From positions 12,081 to 76,080 of the forward strand of contig JAZOUV010000040.1 of the NCBI GenBank assembly GCA_045658315.1: DNA of 64,000 nucleotides. Direction: 5' to 3'. The notes under the pieces are model-generated. The model saw only the letters and a program-made list of their open reading frames with translations. It was not told where the DNA came from and did no database searches. The first letter of the stretch is position 1. Every line of letters begins with the position of its first letter. The stretch comes from Eubacteriales bacterium. GTDB lineage: Bacteria; Bacillota; Clostridia; Oscillospirales; CAG-272. Made by a program: the position numbers and the translations under genes. Below are positions 48,307-56,546 of the stretch, one piece after another.

Positions 48307-48349
48307 ATTAATGTAACTGCTTACCTAATATAAATACACAGAAGGTAAT

Positions 48350-48379
48350 CAAAAAGCCGACAGTGTTTTGTCTGTCGGC
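48350..48379 (-). terminator. terminator after nrdR
   Basis: 8-bp stem GCCGACAG/CTGTCGGC followed by TTTTT on the minus strand. Confidence 0.7.
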
Positions 48380-48386
48380 ATAATCT

Positions 48387-48842
48387 TTATTCGCTTTCTT
48401 TCTTCATATCCTTCAATTCCTGCATAAAGCTTTCGATGTCGTTGAAGTTACGGTAAACAGAAGCGTATCTTACGTATGAAACCTCGTCTATATCACGGAG
48501 CTTTTCAAGAACACGTCTTCCTATTTCGGAAGTATGTACTTCCGTCTGAAAAGCGTTCCTCAAATCAACTTCAATTTCCGTTATAATCCTTTCCATATCA
48601 TCAGGGGTTATCATAGAACGCTTATAACACGCCTTATCAAGACCGTTCAATATCTTACTGCGGTCAAAAAACTGCTTCGTTCCGTTCTTCTTTATAACAA
48701 TCAACGGCACCTTCTCATGCACCTCATAGGTAGTAAAACGTCTTCCGCACGAAATGCATTCTCTCCTTCTTCTTATCTCAGAATCTGTCGGTCTGCTGTC
48801 AATAACCTTACTGTTCGTCTCTCCGCATACAGGACATTTCAT
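48387..48842 (-). CDS. nrdR: transcriptional repressor NrdR
   Basis: Zn ribbon MKCPVCGETNSKVIDSRP...RRRECISCGRRFTTYE plus an ATP-cone. 151 aa. Confidence 0.95.
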   Translation of the reverse strand: MKCPVCGETNSKVIDSRPTDSEIRRRRECISCGRRFTTYEVHEKVPLIVIKKNGTKQFFDRSKILNGLDKACYKRSMITPDDMERIITEIEVDLRNAFQTEVHTSEIGRRVLEKLRDIDEVSYVRYASVYRNFNDIESFMQELKDMKKESE

Positions 48843-48872
48843 TATCTTTCCCCCTATTTTTAATTTATCTTT

Positions 48873-49541
48873 TTATAACCCTCTTACAGTACATTTACCA
48901 CCGTTTGCAACAACAAGTCTCACGCACTCTTCAACGTATTCTCTCGGGTGCGGCTGTCCTCCGCCTTCGACCTGTCTGTACTGCTGTAAATAATAATCGC
49001 TTTCGCCCACTATATTCTTTGATATTTCCAAAATATCCTCTTTTGTCAATTCCGGGCAAAACGTCGTTCTGAATTCGTGAGAAATACCGCTTTCCTTCAA
49101 AAAGGCTACCGTCTTAAGTACCTTTTCTATGTCTATATTACAACCAGCCACAAGAGAATATTTTTCTATATTTGCCTTTATATCCATCGCAACATAGTCT
49201 ATATATCCCTTTTCGCAGAGCGATTTTACAACATCGGGGTTCGTTCCGTTTGTATCAAGCTTGACCATATAGCCTAAAGTCTTTACACTCGCAATAAAGG
49301 CTTCAAGGTCAGGTTGCAGCGTCGGCTCACCTCCCGACACAACAACACCTTTCAGCATACCCTTTCTCTTGTTCAGATAGTCCATAACTTCAAGTGCATC
49401 AATCTTCGGTGCGTCTGCCGATAATATATGCTTGTTGTGGCAGTATCCGCACTTCATATTACACCCCGGGGTAAACACCACGCAAGATATTATACCGGGA
49501 AAATCCACAAACGATGATTTTTGAAAACCTGCTATATTCAT
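48873..49541 (-). CDS. nrdG: anaerobic ribonucleoside-triphosphate reductase activating protein
   Basis: Radical-SAM CxxxCxxC (GCNMKCGYCHN) and VVVSGGEPTLQPDL. Confidence 0.88.
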   Translation of the reverse strand: MNIAGFQKSSFVDFPGIISCVVFTPGCNMKCGYCHNKHILSADAPKIDALEVMDYLNKRKGMLKGVVVSGGEPTLQPDLEAFIASVKTLGYMVKLDTNGTNPDVVKSLCEKGYIDYVAMDIKANIEKYSLVAGCNIDIEKVLKTVAFLKESGISHEFRTTFCPELTKEDILEISKNIVGESDYYLQQYRQVEGGGQPHPREYVEECVRLVVANGGKCTVRGL

Positions 49542-49572
49542 TTACTTAACACCTCTGCATCTTTTCAATTAT

Positions 49573-49601
49573 ATTATATCACATCAATGCACTCTTTTCA
49601 A
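49573..49601 (-). promoter_or_regulatory. internal promoter for nrdG(-nrdR)
   Basis: Minus strand TTGAAA - 17 nt - TATAAT, between the nrdD hairpin and the nrdG SD. Confidence 0.55.
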
Positions 49602-49640
49602 GGGAGAAAATATCCCCCGCCAAAATGCTGCGGCGGGGGA
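49602..49640 (-). terminator. hairpin between nrdD and nrdG (partial terminator/attenuator)
   Basis: 9-bp GC-rich stem TCCCCCGCC/GGCGGGGGA (49613-21/49632-40), followed by TATTTTCT on the minus strand. Confidence 0.5.
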
Positions 49641-49654
49641 ATACAAATTCTATA

Positions 49655-51730
49655 TTAGATAACGAATTTCTTTCTAATCATATATTCTTCTCTCTTACCC
49701 TTGTTGTAGTTCTGAACGGGGCGGAGATAGCCAACAACTCTTGACCAAACCTCTGCGTCCTGTCCACACTCGGGGCAGTTAAAGTGTTCACCCACGATAT
49801 AACCGTGATCGGGGCAAATAGAGAACGTAGGAGTAATAGAAATATAGGGCATCTTATATCTATCAAATACATTCTTGATAAGGTCCTTACATACCTGAAT
49901 ATCTTCAATACGCTCTCCGATATAGAGGTGGTAAACAGTACCGCCCGTATAGAGAGACTGAAGCTCGTCCTGAAGCTCCATACACTCAAATATATCGTCT
50001 GTATATGCAACGGGAAGCTGACTGGAGTTTGTATAGAAGGGCTCTTCCTGACCTGCTTGAATAATATCGGGATACATATCGTGATCAAGCTTTGCAAGAC
50101 GGTATGTTGTACCCTCAGCAGGTGTAGCTTCGAGGTTGTAGGAATGGCCTGTCTCTTCCTGGAACTGACTCATAAGCTCACGGAGATAATTCATAACTTC
50201 AATCGAGAAATTCTTACCCTCTTCAGAACCGATATCAACACCGAGGAAGTTCAGACAGCATTCGTTCATACCTACCAAGCCTATCGTATTGAAGTGGTTT
50301 GTCCAGTATTCGCCTGTACGCTCCTTGATATTTCTAAGGTAATAGGTTGAATAAGGATACAAGCCCTTTTCGGACTGATGTTCAATAATCTTTCTCTTTA
50401 TTTCAAGAGATGTCTTACCGATTCTTGCAATATTTTCAAGTCTTTCAAAGAACTCTTCTCTGGTCTTGCTGAGATAACCGATTCTGGGCATATTAATGGT
50501 GTAAACACCGATAGAGCCCGTCATCGGATTTGAACCAAAGAGACCGCCGCCTCTCTTGCGGAGCTCTCTCTTGTCAAGTCTCAAACGGCAGCACATAGAT
50601 ACTGCGTCTTCGGGGGAAAGGTCAGAGTTTACGTAGTTTGCAAAATAGGGAATACCATACTTGCAGGTAATCTTCATAAACTCGTCAACAACGGGGCTGT
50701 CCCACTCAAAGTCTTTTGTAATATTAATTGTAGGAATAGGGAATGTAAATACTCTTCCCTTTGCATCGCCTTCAAGCATTACAGCACAGAACGCCTTGTT
50801 GAATATATCCATCTGTTCCTGGAAGTCGCCGTAAACCTTATCCTTGTATTCACCGTGAATAATAACGGGTTCGTTCTTCAATGTGTTTGGAACCTTTACG
50901 TCGAAAGTAAGGTTTGAAAAAGGACACTGGAAGCCGACACGGGTAGGTACGTTTATATTAAATACAAACTCCTGAATACACTGCTTAACTTGTTCGTAGG
51001 TAAGATTATCGTAGTAAATAAACGGAGCACAATATGTATCAATAGAGCTCCAAGCCTGAGCACCTGCAGTTTCGCCCTGAGTCGTAAACGTTGAGTTGAC
51101 TATCTGTCCGAGGAAAGAACGAAGATGACCCGCAGGCTTACTCTCGACCTTGCCGCCGACACCGCCGAAGCCGTCCATAAGAAGCTGTCTCAGATCCCAA
51201 CCTGCACAGTAAGGACCGAAGAAACCGAGGTCATGAATGTGGGCATCGCCGCTTTCGTGAGCCTTTCTTACGTCTTCGGGATATACTTCATACAGCCAAT
51301 ACTTCTTTGTAAACGCTTCTCTTACGTAATTGTTAAGACCGTTGACCGATCTCTGCATATTCGCATTTTCTTTGATAGACCAGTCCTTGTCGCCAAGGTA
51401 ATTACCGAACATATCAATAGTAGCACCAATAAGAGAATCAATCTCTCTTGCCTGCTTTCTCTTCTGACGGTAAAGAATATAAGCCTTCGCTACAGCCGCA
51501 TAACCGTTTTCGATAAGCACCTGCTCAACGATATCCTGCACTCCTTCAACGTCGGGTGTTAAATCCTTGTATTTTTCTTCCGCCTTTTCAACTACCATCG
51601 TAGTAAGACGGCTTGCGTTGTATTCGGAGTCGTACTCGCACGCGGTAAACGCATTACGGATTGCTTTCGTAATCTTTATCTCATCAAAAAGCTCGACTCT
51701 TCCGTCTCTTTTTACTATGTGTGTAAACAT
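49655..51730 (-). CDS. nrdD: anaerobic ribonucleoside-triphosphate reductase
   Basis: Start trimmed to ATG 51730 (MFTHIVKRDGRVELFD, an ATP-cone; SD AGAGGGGGA). C-terminal Zn site CPDHG...CPECG and glycyl-radical motif RVVGYLRP. Confidence 0.95.
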   Translation of the reverse strand: MFTHIVKRDGRVELFDEIKITKAIRNAFTACEYDSEYNASRLTTMVVEKAEEKYKDLTPDVEGVQDIVEQVLIENGYAAVAKAYILYRQKRKQAREIDSLIGATIDMFGNYLGDKDWSIKENANMQRSVNGLNNYVREAFTKKYWLYEVYPEDVRKAHESGDAHIHDLGFFGPYCAGWDLRQLLMDGFGGVGGKVESKPAGHLRSFLGQIVNSTFTTQGETAGAQAWSSIDTYCAPFIYYDNLTYEQVKQCIQEFVFNINVPTRVGFQCPFSNLTFDVKVPNTLKNEPVIIHGEYKDKVYGDFQEQMDIFNKAFCAVMLEGDAKGRVFTFPIPTINITKDFEWDSPVVDEFMKITCKYGIPYFANYVNSDLSPEDAVSMCCRLRLDKRELRKRGGGLFGSNPMTGSIGVYTINMPRIGYLSKTREEFFERLENIARIGKTSLEIKRKIIEHQSEKGLYPYSTYYLRNIKERTGEYWTNHFNTIGLVGMNECCLNFLGVDIGSEEGKNFSIEVMNYLRELMSQFQEETGHSYNLEATPAEGTTYRLAKLDHDMYPDIIQAGQEEPFYTNSSQLPVAYTDDIFECMELQDELQSLYTGGTVYHLYIGERIEDIQVCKDLIKNVFDRYKMPYISITPTFSICPDHGYIVGEHFNCPECGQDAEVWSRVVGYLRPVQNYNKGKREEYMIRKKFVI

Positions 51731-51773
51731 TTTTTCCCCCTCTGATTTTAGTCTATTTTTAGTGATTGTACTC

Positions 51774-51803
51774 ATTATAACACAACACCAAATATTGTGT
51801 CAA
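51774..51803 (-). promoter_or_regulatory. nrdD promoter
   Basis: Minus strand TTGACA (51803-51798) - 18 nt - TATAAT (51779-51774). Confidence 0.6.
51785..51800 (-). promoter_or_regulatory. NrdR box 1 (promoter-proximal)
   Basis: ACACCAAATATTGTGT, a 16-bp near-palindrome matching the NrdR-box consensus acaCwAtATaTwGtgt. Lies in the promoter spacer and overlaps the -35. Confidence 0.75.
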
Positions 51804-51815
51804 TACCCTTTTGCA

Positions 51816-51831
51816 ACACAATATATTGTAT
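51816..51831 (-). promoter_or_regulatory. NrdR box 2 (distal)
   Basis: ACACAATATATTGTAT. 31 nt start-to-start from box 1, the typical tandem-box phasing. Confidence 0.7.
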
Positions 51832-52063
51832 GTATCATCTTTTTAGCGTTATCCTCCCCTCTCTCACTCTCCCACTGTGAAAAGCTTTATTTTATGCCAA
51901 AAAATAAGGTTTTTCATTCCCTTTTTCGACACTTTTTTTACCCCTCAAGAACAGTCCCCCACAATATGTAGGTCGATAAAAAATTTTAGTTTTTATTTTT
52001 GTTGATTTTCACCATACCGTATGATATAATTATGTAACAAATTAATTTTAGCGAGGTAAAAAT

Positions 52064-52366
52064 ATGATCAAACATATTGTAATGTGGAAATTTAAAGAAG
52101 CGGCCGAAGGCAGAACAAAGCTGCAAAATATGGAGCTGGTCAGAGAAAGACTTTACGCCCTTGTGCCCCTCGTTCCCGAAATTAAAAAAATGGAAATAGG
52201 TTTCGATTTCGGTCAAACTTCCATGTCCTACGATATGATGCTTTACACAGAATTTGAAACCAAAGAAGCTCTCAACGTTTACGCTGTTGACAGCGAACAC
52301 GCAAAGGTTAAAAAAATCGTTGCCGCAACAACCGAGGCACGTGTCGTTCTCGACTACGAAATCTAA
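52064..52366 (+). CDS. Dabb-family stress-responsive alpha/beta-barrel protein
   Basis: 100 aa. MIKHIVMWKFKE...H..V pattern typical of Dabb domains. Confidence 0.75.
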   Translation: MIKHIVMWKFKEAAEGRTKLQNMELVRERLYALVPLVPEIKKMEIGFDFGQTSMSYDMMLYTEFETKEALNVYAVDSEHAKVKKIVAATTEARVVLDYEI

Positions 52367-52473
52367 ATTTTCTTTCTATAATAATAAGACAAAAAAAGGG
52401 GGAATGAGTTATCAATTCTACAGATACCAAAATAATATACAAAAAAACAATTGATGCTGTTTCCCTCGGTCTT

Positions 52474-53349
52474 TTGTTTCATATAGCTTTATCACAACTA
52501 ACACCCAATTTTATTAAAGCAATATCAGCCCTTTTAAGTAAAGTCGGTTTTAGTGAAAACTCGGTAGCTTTTGCGAACATCTGTACGTGTGTGGATATTA
52601 TACTTTATTTAATGATATTTCTTCTCCCCGCATTTTTTATTTTCAGATATACCGAGAAAACAAGTTGCAATATCAGCTTTAAATTCGTTTTTCCGAAAAA
52701 ATTTATTTTGCTCGGCATAACGGCGATAGGCTGTATATCGGTAGGTGCAAATATCACAAATATTATACAGCTTCTTTTTAATAAAATAGGTATAGGTTTT
52801 ATTAGATATTCGCCCGATATCCCGCACCATTTTGGCGGGCTGGTCTTGCTATTCGTCTCGTCTGCAGTCGTACCGGCTATAGTCGAAGAGATACTGTTCC
52901 GCAAAGTCATTCTTGAAAGGCTTATTCCCTTCGGGAAGTCTTTTGCAATCATATTGACTTCACTCCTTTTTTCGCTTATGCATACAAACGTTTCACAGTT
53001 TTTGTATGCCTTTACGGGTGGGTTATTTTTAGGCTATATAGCCCTAAAATGCAACTCCGTAATTCCCGCTATCATAATCCACTTTTCAAACAACTGCTTA
53101 TCTTTAATTTATCTTATAATAAGCGAATTTGCAGACGGAAAGGCTATAAGTACAGCAATTTTTCTTTTTGATATTACACTGGGCGTATTGGGAATAGTAT
53201 CGTTGTATTTTATACTCAAAAAACATAAACAAAACATTGTAAAGGATATTTCCGATTCGTTTTCTCTACAAAAAACTTTTAACGTTTTCCTTTTAGGGTA
53301 TATTATTTACTGTCTGTTTTTATCGGCAAGGTGGATGTATTTTATATGA
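52474..53349 (+). CDS. CPBP-family intramembrane glutamic endopeptidase (CAAX protease-like); 5' end unresolved
   Basis: Motif 1 VEEILFRKVI, motif 2 FSLMHTN, motif 3 IIHFSNN. The track start is a TTG with no SD, in the middle of a hydrophobic segment. See the frameshift finding. Confidence 0.75.
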   Translation: MFHIALSQLTPNFIKAISALLSKVGFSENSVAFANICTCVDIILYLMIFLLPAFFIFRYTEKTSCNISFKFVFPKKFILLGITAIGCISVGANITNIIQLLFNKIGIGFIRYSPDIPHHFGGLVLLFVSSAVVPAIVEEILFRKVILERLIPFGKSFAIILTSLLFSLMHTNVSQFLYAFTGGLFLGYIALKCNSVIPAIIIHFSNNCLSLIYLIISEFADGKAISTAIFLFDITLGVLGIVSLYFILKKHKQNIVKDISDSFSLQKTFNVFLLGYIIYCLFLSARWMYFI

Positions 53350-53816
53350 ATGATTGTATTATAAAAAACGATGAATATTTTATGAGCCTTGCGATTGAAG
53401 AGGCGAAAAAGGCGGCAGATTTAGGTGAAGTTCCTGTAGGTGCCGTCGTTGTTTGCGATGGCGAAGTTGTATCAAAAGCATTTAACACAAGAGAAACAGG
53501 CAAAAATGCTCTTCACCACGCAGAAATAAAAGCCATTGACCTAGCTTGCAAAACACTTCACGGCTGGCGGTTGCATAAATGCGACCTATATGTTACTCTT
53601 GAACCGTGCCCTATGTGTGCGGGAGCTATTGTCAACGCAAGAATAAAAAGGGTTATATACGGTGCTTCCGATAACAAGGCGGGAGCTTTCGGCTCAGTAT
53701 TTAATTTGAACGATATGCCACTGAACCATAAACCTGAAATAATTTCAAATGTCTGCAAGGATGAGTGTGCAAAGCTACTCTCCGACTTTTTTGCGGAATT
53801 ACGTAAAAGAAAGTAG
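53346..53816 (+). CDS. tadA: tRNA adenosine(34) deaminase TadA
   Basis: Start trimmed to ATG 53346 (ATGA overlap with the upstream stop). EVPVGAVVV, HAEIKAI, PCPMCAGAI. Confidence 0.92.
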   Translation: MNDCIIKNDEYFMSLAIEEAKKAADLGEVPVGAVVVCDGEVVSKAFNTRETGKNALHHAEIKAIDLACKTLHGWRLHKCDLYVTLEPCPMCAGAIVNARIKRVIYGASDNKAGAFGSVFNLNDMPLNHKPEIISNVCKDECAKLLSDFFAELRKRK

Positions 53817-53833
53817 TTTTTTCGGTAGGTATA

Positions 53834-54514
53834 ATGGAAGATATAAAAATATTATATGAAGACAAACATATAACCGTATGCGTAAAACCGCCGCTTGTTT
53901 TATCTCAACAAGATGAAAAACGCTCTGACGATATGGTTTCGCTGTTAAGCAAACAAACAAAGGTTCAACACAAATGCGTTCACCGTCTTGATTTCGGTGT
54001 TGGCGGTACAATGGTCTATGCCAAAAACGACACCTCGGCTGCAAAATTATCTTGCTCTATTCAGAACGGAAGCTTTGAAAAAGAATATCTGGCGGTAATA
54101 CACGGCGTTCCTCAAGAAAAAAGCGGAATATATAAAGACCTGCTTTTTAAAGACTCAAGAAAAAACAAAAGCTTTGTCGTTGACAGAATCAGAAAAGGTG
54201 TCAAAGAGGCAATTCTCGAATACAGAGTTCTTGATACTAAGAAAACGGAAAAAGGTATACTGTCGCTCATTAGGATAAAACTCCATACAGGCAGAACACA
54301 TCAGATACGAGTACAGTTTGCTTCCCGAAAAACTCCGCTTTACGGCGACGGTAAATACGGAAGCTCAACGAATGAAAAGATTACTGCCCTTTGGTCATAT
54401 AAAACCACATTTCCGCATCCGTTGACAAAAAGAGAAGTATTGTTTAAAAGCCTTCCCGACACCGACTTCCCTTGGAATACATTTGATATTGAAGAATTGT
54501 TGAAGAAAAAATAA
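53834..54514 (+). CDS. RluA-family pseudouridine synthase (no S4 domain)
   Basis: ILYEDKHITVCVKP, catalytic HRLDFGVGGTMVYAKN, LHTGRTHQIRVQFA. Confidence 0.85.
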   Translation: MEDIKILYEDKHITVCVKPPLVLSQQDEKRSDDMVSLLSKQTKVQHKCVHRLDFGVGGTMVYAKNDTSAAKLSCSIQNGSFEKEYLAVIHGVPQEKSGIYKDLLFKDSRKNKSFVVDRIRKGVKEAILEYRVLDTKKTEKGILSLIRIKLHTGRTHQIRVQFASRKTPLYGDGKYGSSTNEKITALWSYKTTFPHPLTKREVLFKSLPDTDFPWNTFDIEELLKKK

Positions 54515-54551
54515 ATATCATAAAAACCGCTTCCCCCTCAAAAGAAGACGG

Positions 54552-54616
54552 ATCTGTCGATATTTTTTGCTCAAGCAAAAAATATGACCTTTTCAAAAAA
54601 AATAATATCGACTGAT
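54552..54616. repeat. compound hairpin in the RluA/pepP intergenic region
   Basis: Outer inverted repeat ATCTGTCGATATT / AATATCGACTGAT (12 of 13). Inner perfect 11-bp hairpin ATATTTTTTGC-TCAA-GCAAAAAATAT (54560-54585). Confidence 0.7.
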
Positions 54617-54622
54617 TTTTTC

Positions 54623-54648
54623 GGCGGATTTTATATCCGCCTCTTTTG
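54623..54648 (+). terminator. terminator-like hairpin downstream of the RluA-family gene
   Basis: GGCGGAT-TTTAT-ATCCGCC followed by TCTTTTGG. Confidence 0.5.
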
Positions 54649-54788
54649 GTAAACAAAGGATCGAGGTACAGACCAATATCTCCAAGTTCTTTGCTAAGCT
54701 TTCTCCGAAAGAAATCGTCAAAAAAGTATAGACAAACTATGGAAGCGTAAATTATAATTAAATAAGACCACTTGAAAGGATTTATATT

Positions 54789-55850
54789 ATGAATAGATGC
54801 CAAAAACTTATTTCGGCTATAGGTAACAAAGCCGACGGTATGCTCGTTTCGTCGGAAGTTAATCAGTTGTATCTGACCGGCTTCGAGTTTTCAGACGGTT
54901 ATGTGCTTGTTACGAAGAAAAAATCATATATACTGACCGATTTCAGATATATTGAGGCGGCAAAAAAAGAAGCTGACAAGGTATTTGAAGTTATAATAGC
55001 CGAAAAAGATACACTAAAGAAATTGCTTGAAGAAAACAACGTCAGCCGTCTGATTTTTGAAGACGGAAGAATGACCTGCTCTATGCTTGAAAAGCTGAAA
55101 AACGCATATACGGATATTGAGTTTACCCCCGGCGGAAGCATTATTGAAGAATTGAGAGAATATAAGGGGGATATTGAACTCGAATATATTACAAAAGCTC
55201 AAAGAATAGCCGAAAAGTCTTTACAAACGTTGTTAGATACTTTTGACAGAAATATGACCGAGCGTGAGCTTGCGGCATATCTTGAATATCTTATGAAGAA
55301 AAACGGTGCCGAGGGAATATCATTCTCAACAATTGCCGTATCGGGTAAAGCCTCCTCCCTGCCACACGGAGTACCGCGTAATGTTAAGCTTGAAAACGGT
55401 TTTTTTACAATTGATTTCGGTGCGGTTTATAAAGGATATCACTCGGATATGACAAGAACGTATTGTATAGGAAAAGCAGACGACGAAATGAAAAAAGTTT
55501 ATAATACCGTTCTTGAAGCACAGACTAAGGCTATCGATGCAATATTTTCCGGAGAGAGAAACTGTATTTTGATAGATAAAACTGCAAGAGACCACATATA
55601 CAAAAACGGTTATGAGAACTGTTTCGGACACGGACTCGGACACGGTGTTGGACTTGAGATACACGAAGCCCCGAGACTTTCCCCCATGGCAGATAAGAAA
55701 AAAATGCTCAAAACAGGTGATGTTGTAACGGTTGAACCGGGTATTTATCTTGAAAACAAATACGGCGTTAGAATAGAAGATATGATCTATATAGGGAAAG
55801 ATACCGCTTTTAACCTTACGAATATGGAAAAAAAGCTTACAGAATTATGA
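54789..55850 (+). CDS. pepP: M24-family Xaa-Pro aminopeptidase
   Basis: Creatinase-like N-domain plus the pita-bread fold. FGAVYKGYHSDMTRT, GHGLGHGVGLEIHEAP, VTVEPGIY, RIEDM. Sits upstream of efp as in B. subtilis (yqhT-efp). Confidence 0.88.
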   Translation: MNRCQKLISAIGNKADGMLVSSEVNQLYLTGFEFSDGYVLVTKKKSYILTDFRYIEAAKKEADKVFEVIIAEKDTLKKLLEENNVSRLIFEDGRMTCSMLEKLKNAYTDIEFTPGGSIIEELREYKGDIELEYITKAQRIAEKSLQTLLDTFDRNMTERELAAYLEYLMKKNGAEGISFSTIAVSGKASSLPHGVPRNVKLENGFFTIDFGAVYKGYHSDMTRTYCIGKADDEMKKVYNTVLEAQTKAIDAIFSGERNCILIDKTARDHIYKNGYENCFGHGLGHGVGLEIHEAPRLSPMADKKKMLKTGDVVTVEPGIYLENKYGVRIEDMIYIGKDTAFNLTNMEKKLTEL

Positions 55851-55878
55851 AAATAAGGGATTTTTCGTCAAAAACCCC

Positions 55879-55907
55879 TTGAAAAAATATTTATTCTAGT
55901 GTACAAT
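55879..55907 (+). promoter_or_regulatory. efp promoter
   Basis: TTGAAA - 17 nt - TACAAT. Confidence 0.55.
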
Positions 55908-55955
55908 GTATTAGATATTTATATTTTGACCTAAAATATATGGAGGATAAACAAA

Positions 55956-56519
55956 ATGGTAGTAGCAGGCGATTTTAAAAACGGCATTACATTTGAAATG
56001 GACGGCAACGTTTTTCAGGTTGTTGAATTTCAGCACGTAAAACCCGGTAAAGGAGCAGCATTCGTAAGAACCAAACTTAAGAACGTTATCACAGGTGCTG
56101 TAATTGAAAAAACATTCAGCCCTACAGATAAATACGAAAACGCTTATGTTGAACGCAAGGATATGCAGTATCTTTACAACGACGGCGAGCTTTATTACTT
56201 CATGGACCTCGAGTCCTTTGAACAGCTTCCTCTTGAAGCAAGCAAGCTCGGTGATAACTTTAAGTTTGTAAAAGAAGAAATGCTCTGCAAGATTATTTCT
56301 TACAAGGGCAACGTATTCGGTGTAGAGCCCCCCATGTTCGTTGAATTGGAAGTAACCGACACAGAACCGGGCTTCAAGGGAGATACAGCTACAGGTGCAT
56401 CTAAGCCCGCAACTCTTGAAACAGGTGCACAGATTAAGGTTCCCCTTTTCATCAACATCGGCGATGTTCTTAAGATCGACACCAGAACAGGCGAATACCT
56501 CGAAAGAGCAAAACAGTAA
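55956..56519 (+). CDS. efp: elongation factor P
   Basis: [37 protein letters not shown]. 187 aa. Confidence 0.96.
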   Translation: MVVAGDFKNGITFEMDGNVFQVVEFQHVKPGKGAAFVRTKLKNVITGAVIEKTFSPTDKYENAYVERKDMQYLYNDGELYYFMDLESFEQLPLEASKLGDNFKFVKEEMLCKIISYKGNVFGVEPPMFVELEVTDTEPGFKGDTATGASKPATLETGAQIKVPLFINIGDVLKIDTRTGEYLERAKQ

Positions 56520-56546
56520 TTTTTATAAAAATAAGGAGTACTGACT

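Noticed and set aside
47560-48345. CRISPR array
   Set aside because: The repeats differ in length (16, 24 and ~60 bp), occur in inverted as well as direct orientation, and have no regular repeat-spacer periodicity. There are no cas genes nearby.
54444-54803. 119-aa minus-strand ORF between the RluA-family gene and pepP
   Set aside because: It overlaps both flanking genes' ends, spans hairpin repeats, has no SD, and gives a low-complexity translation.
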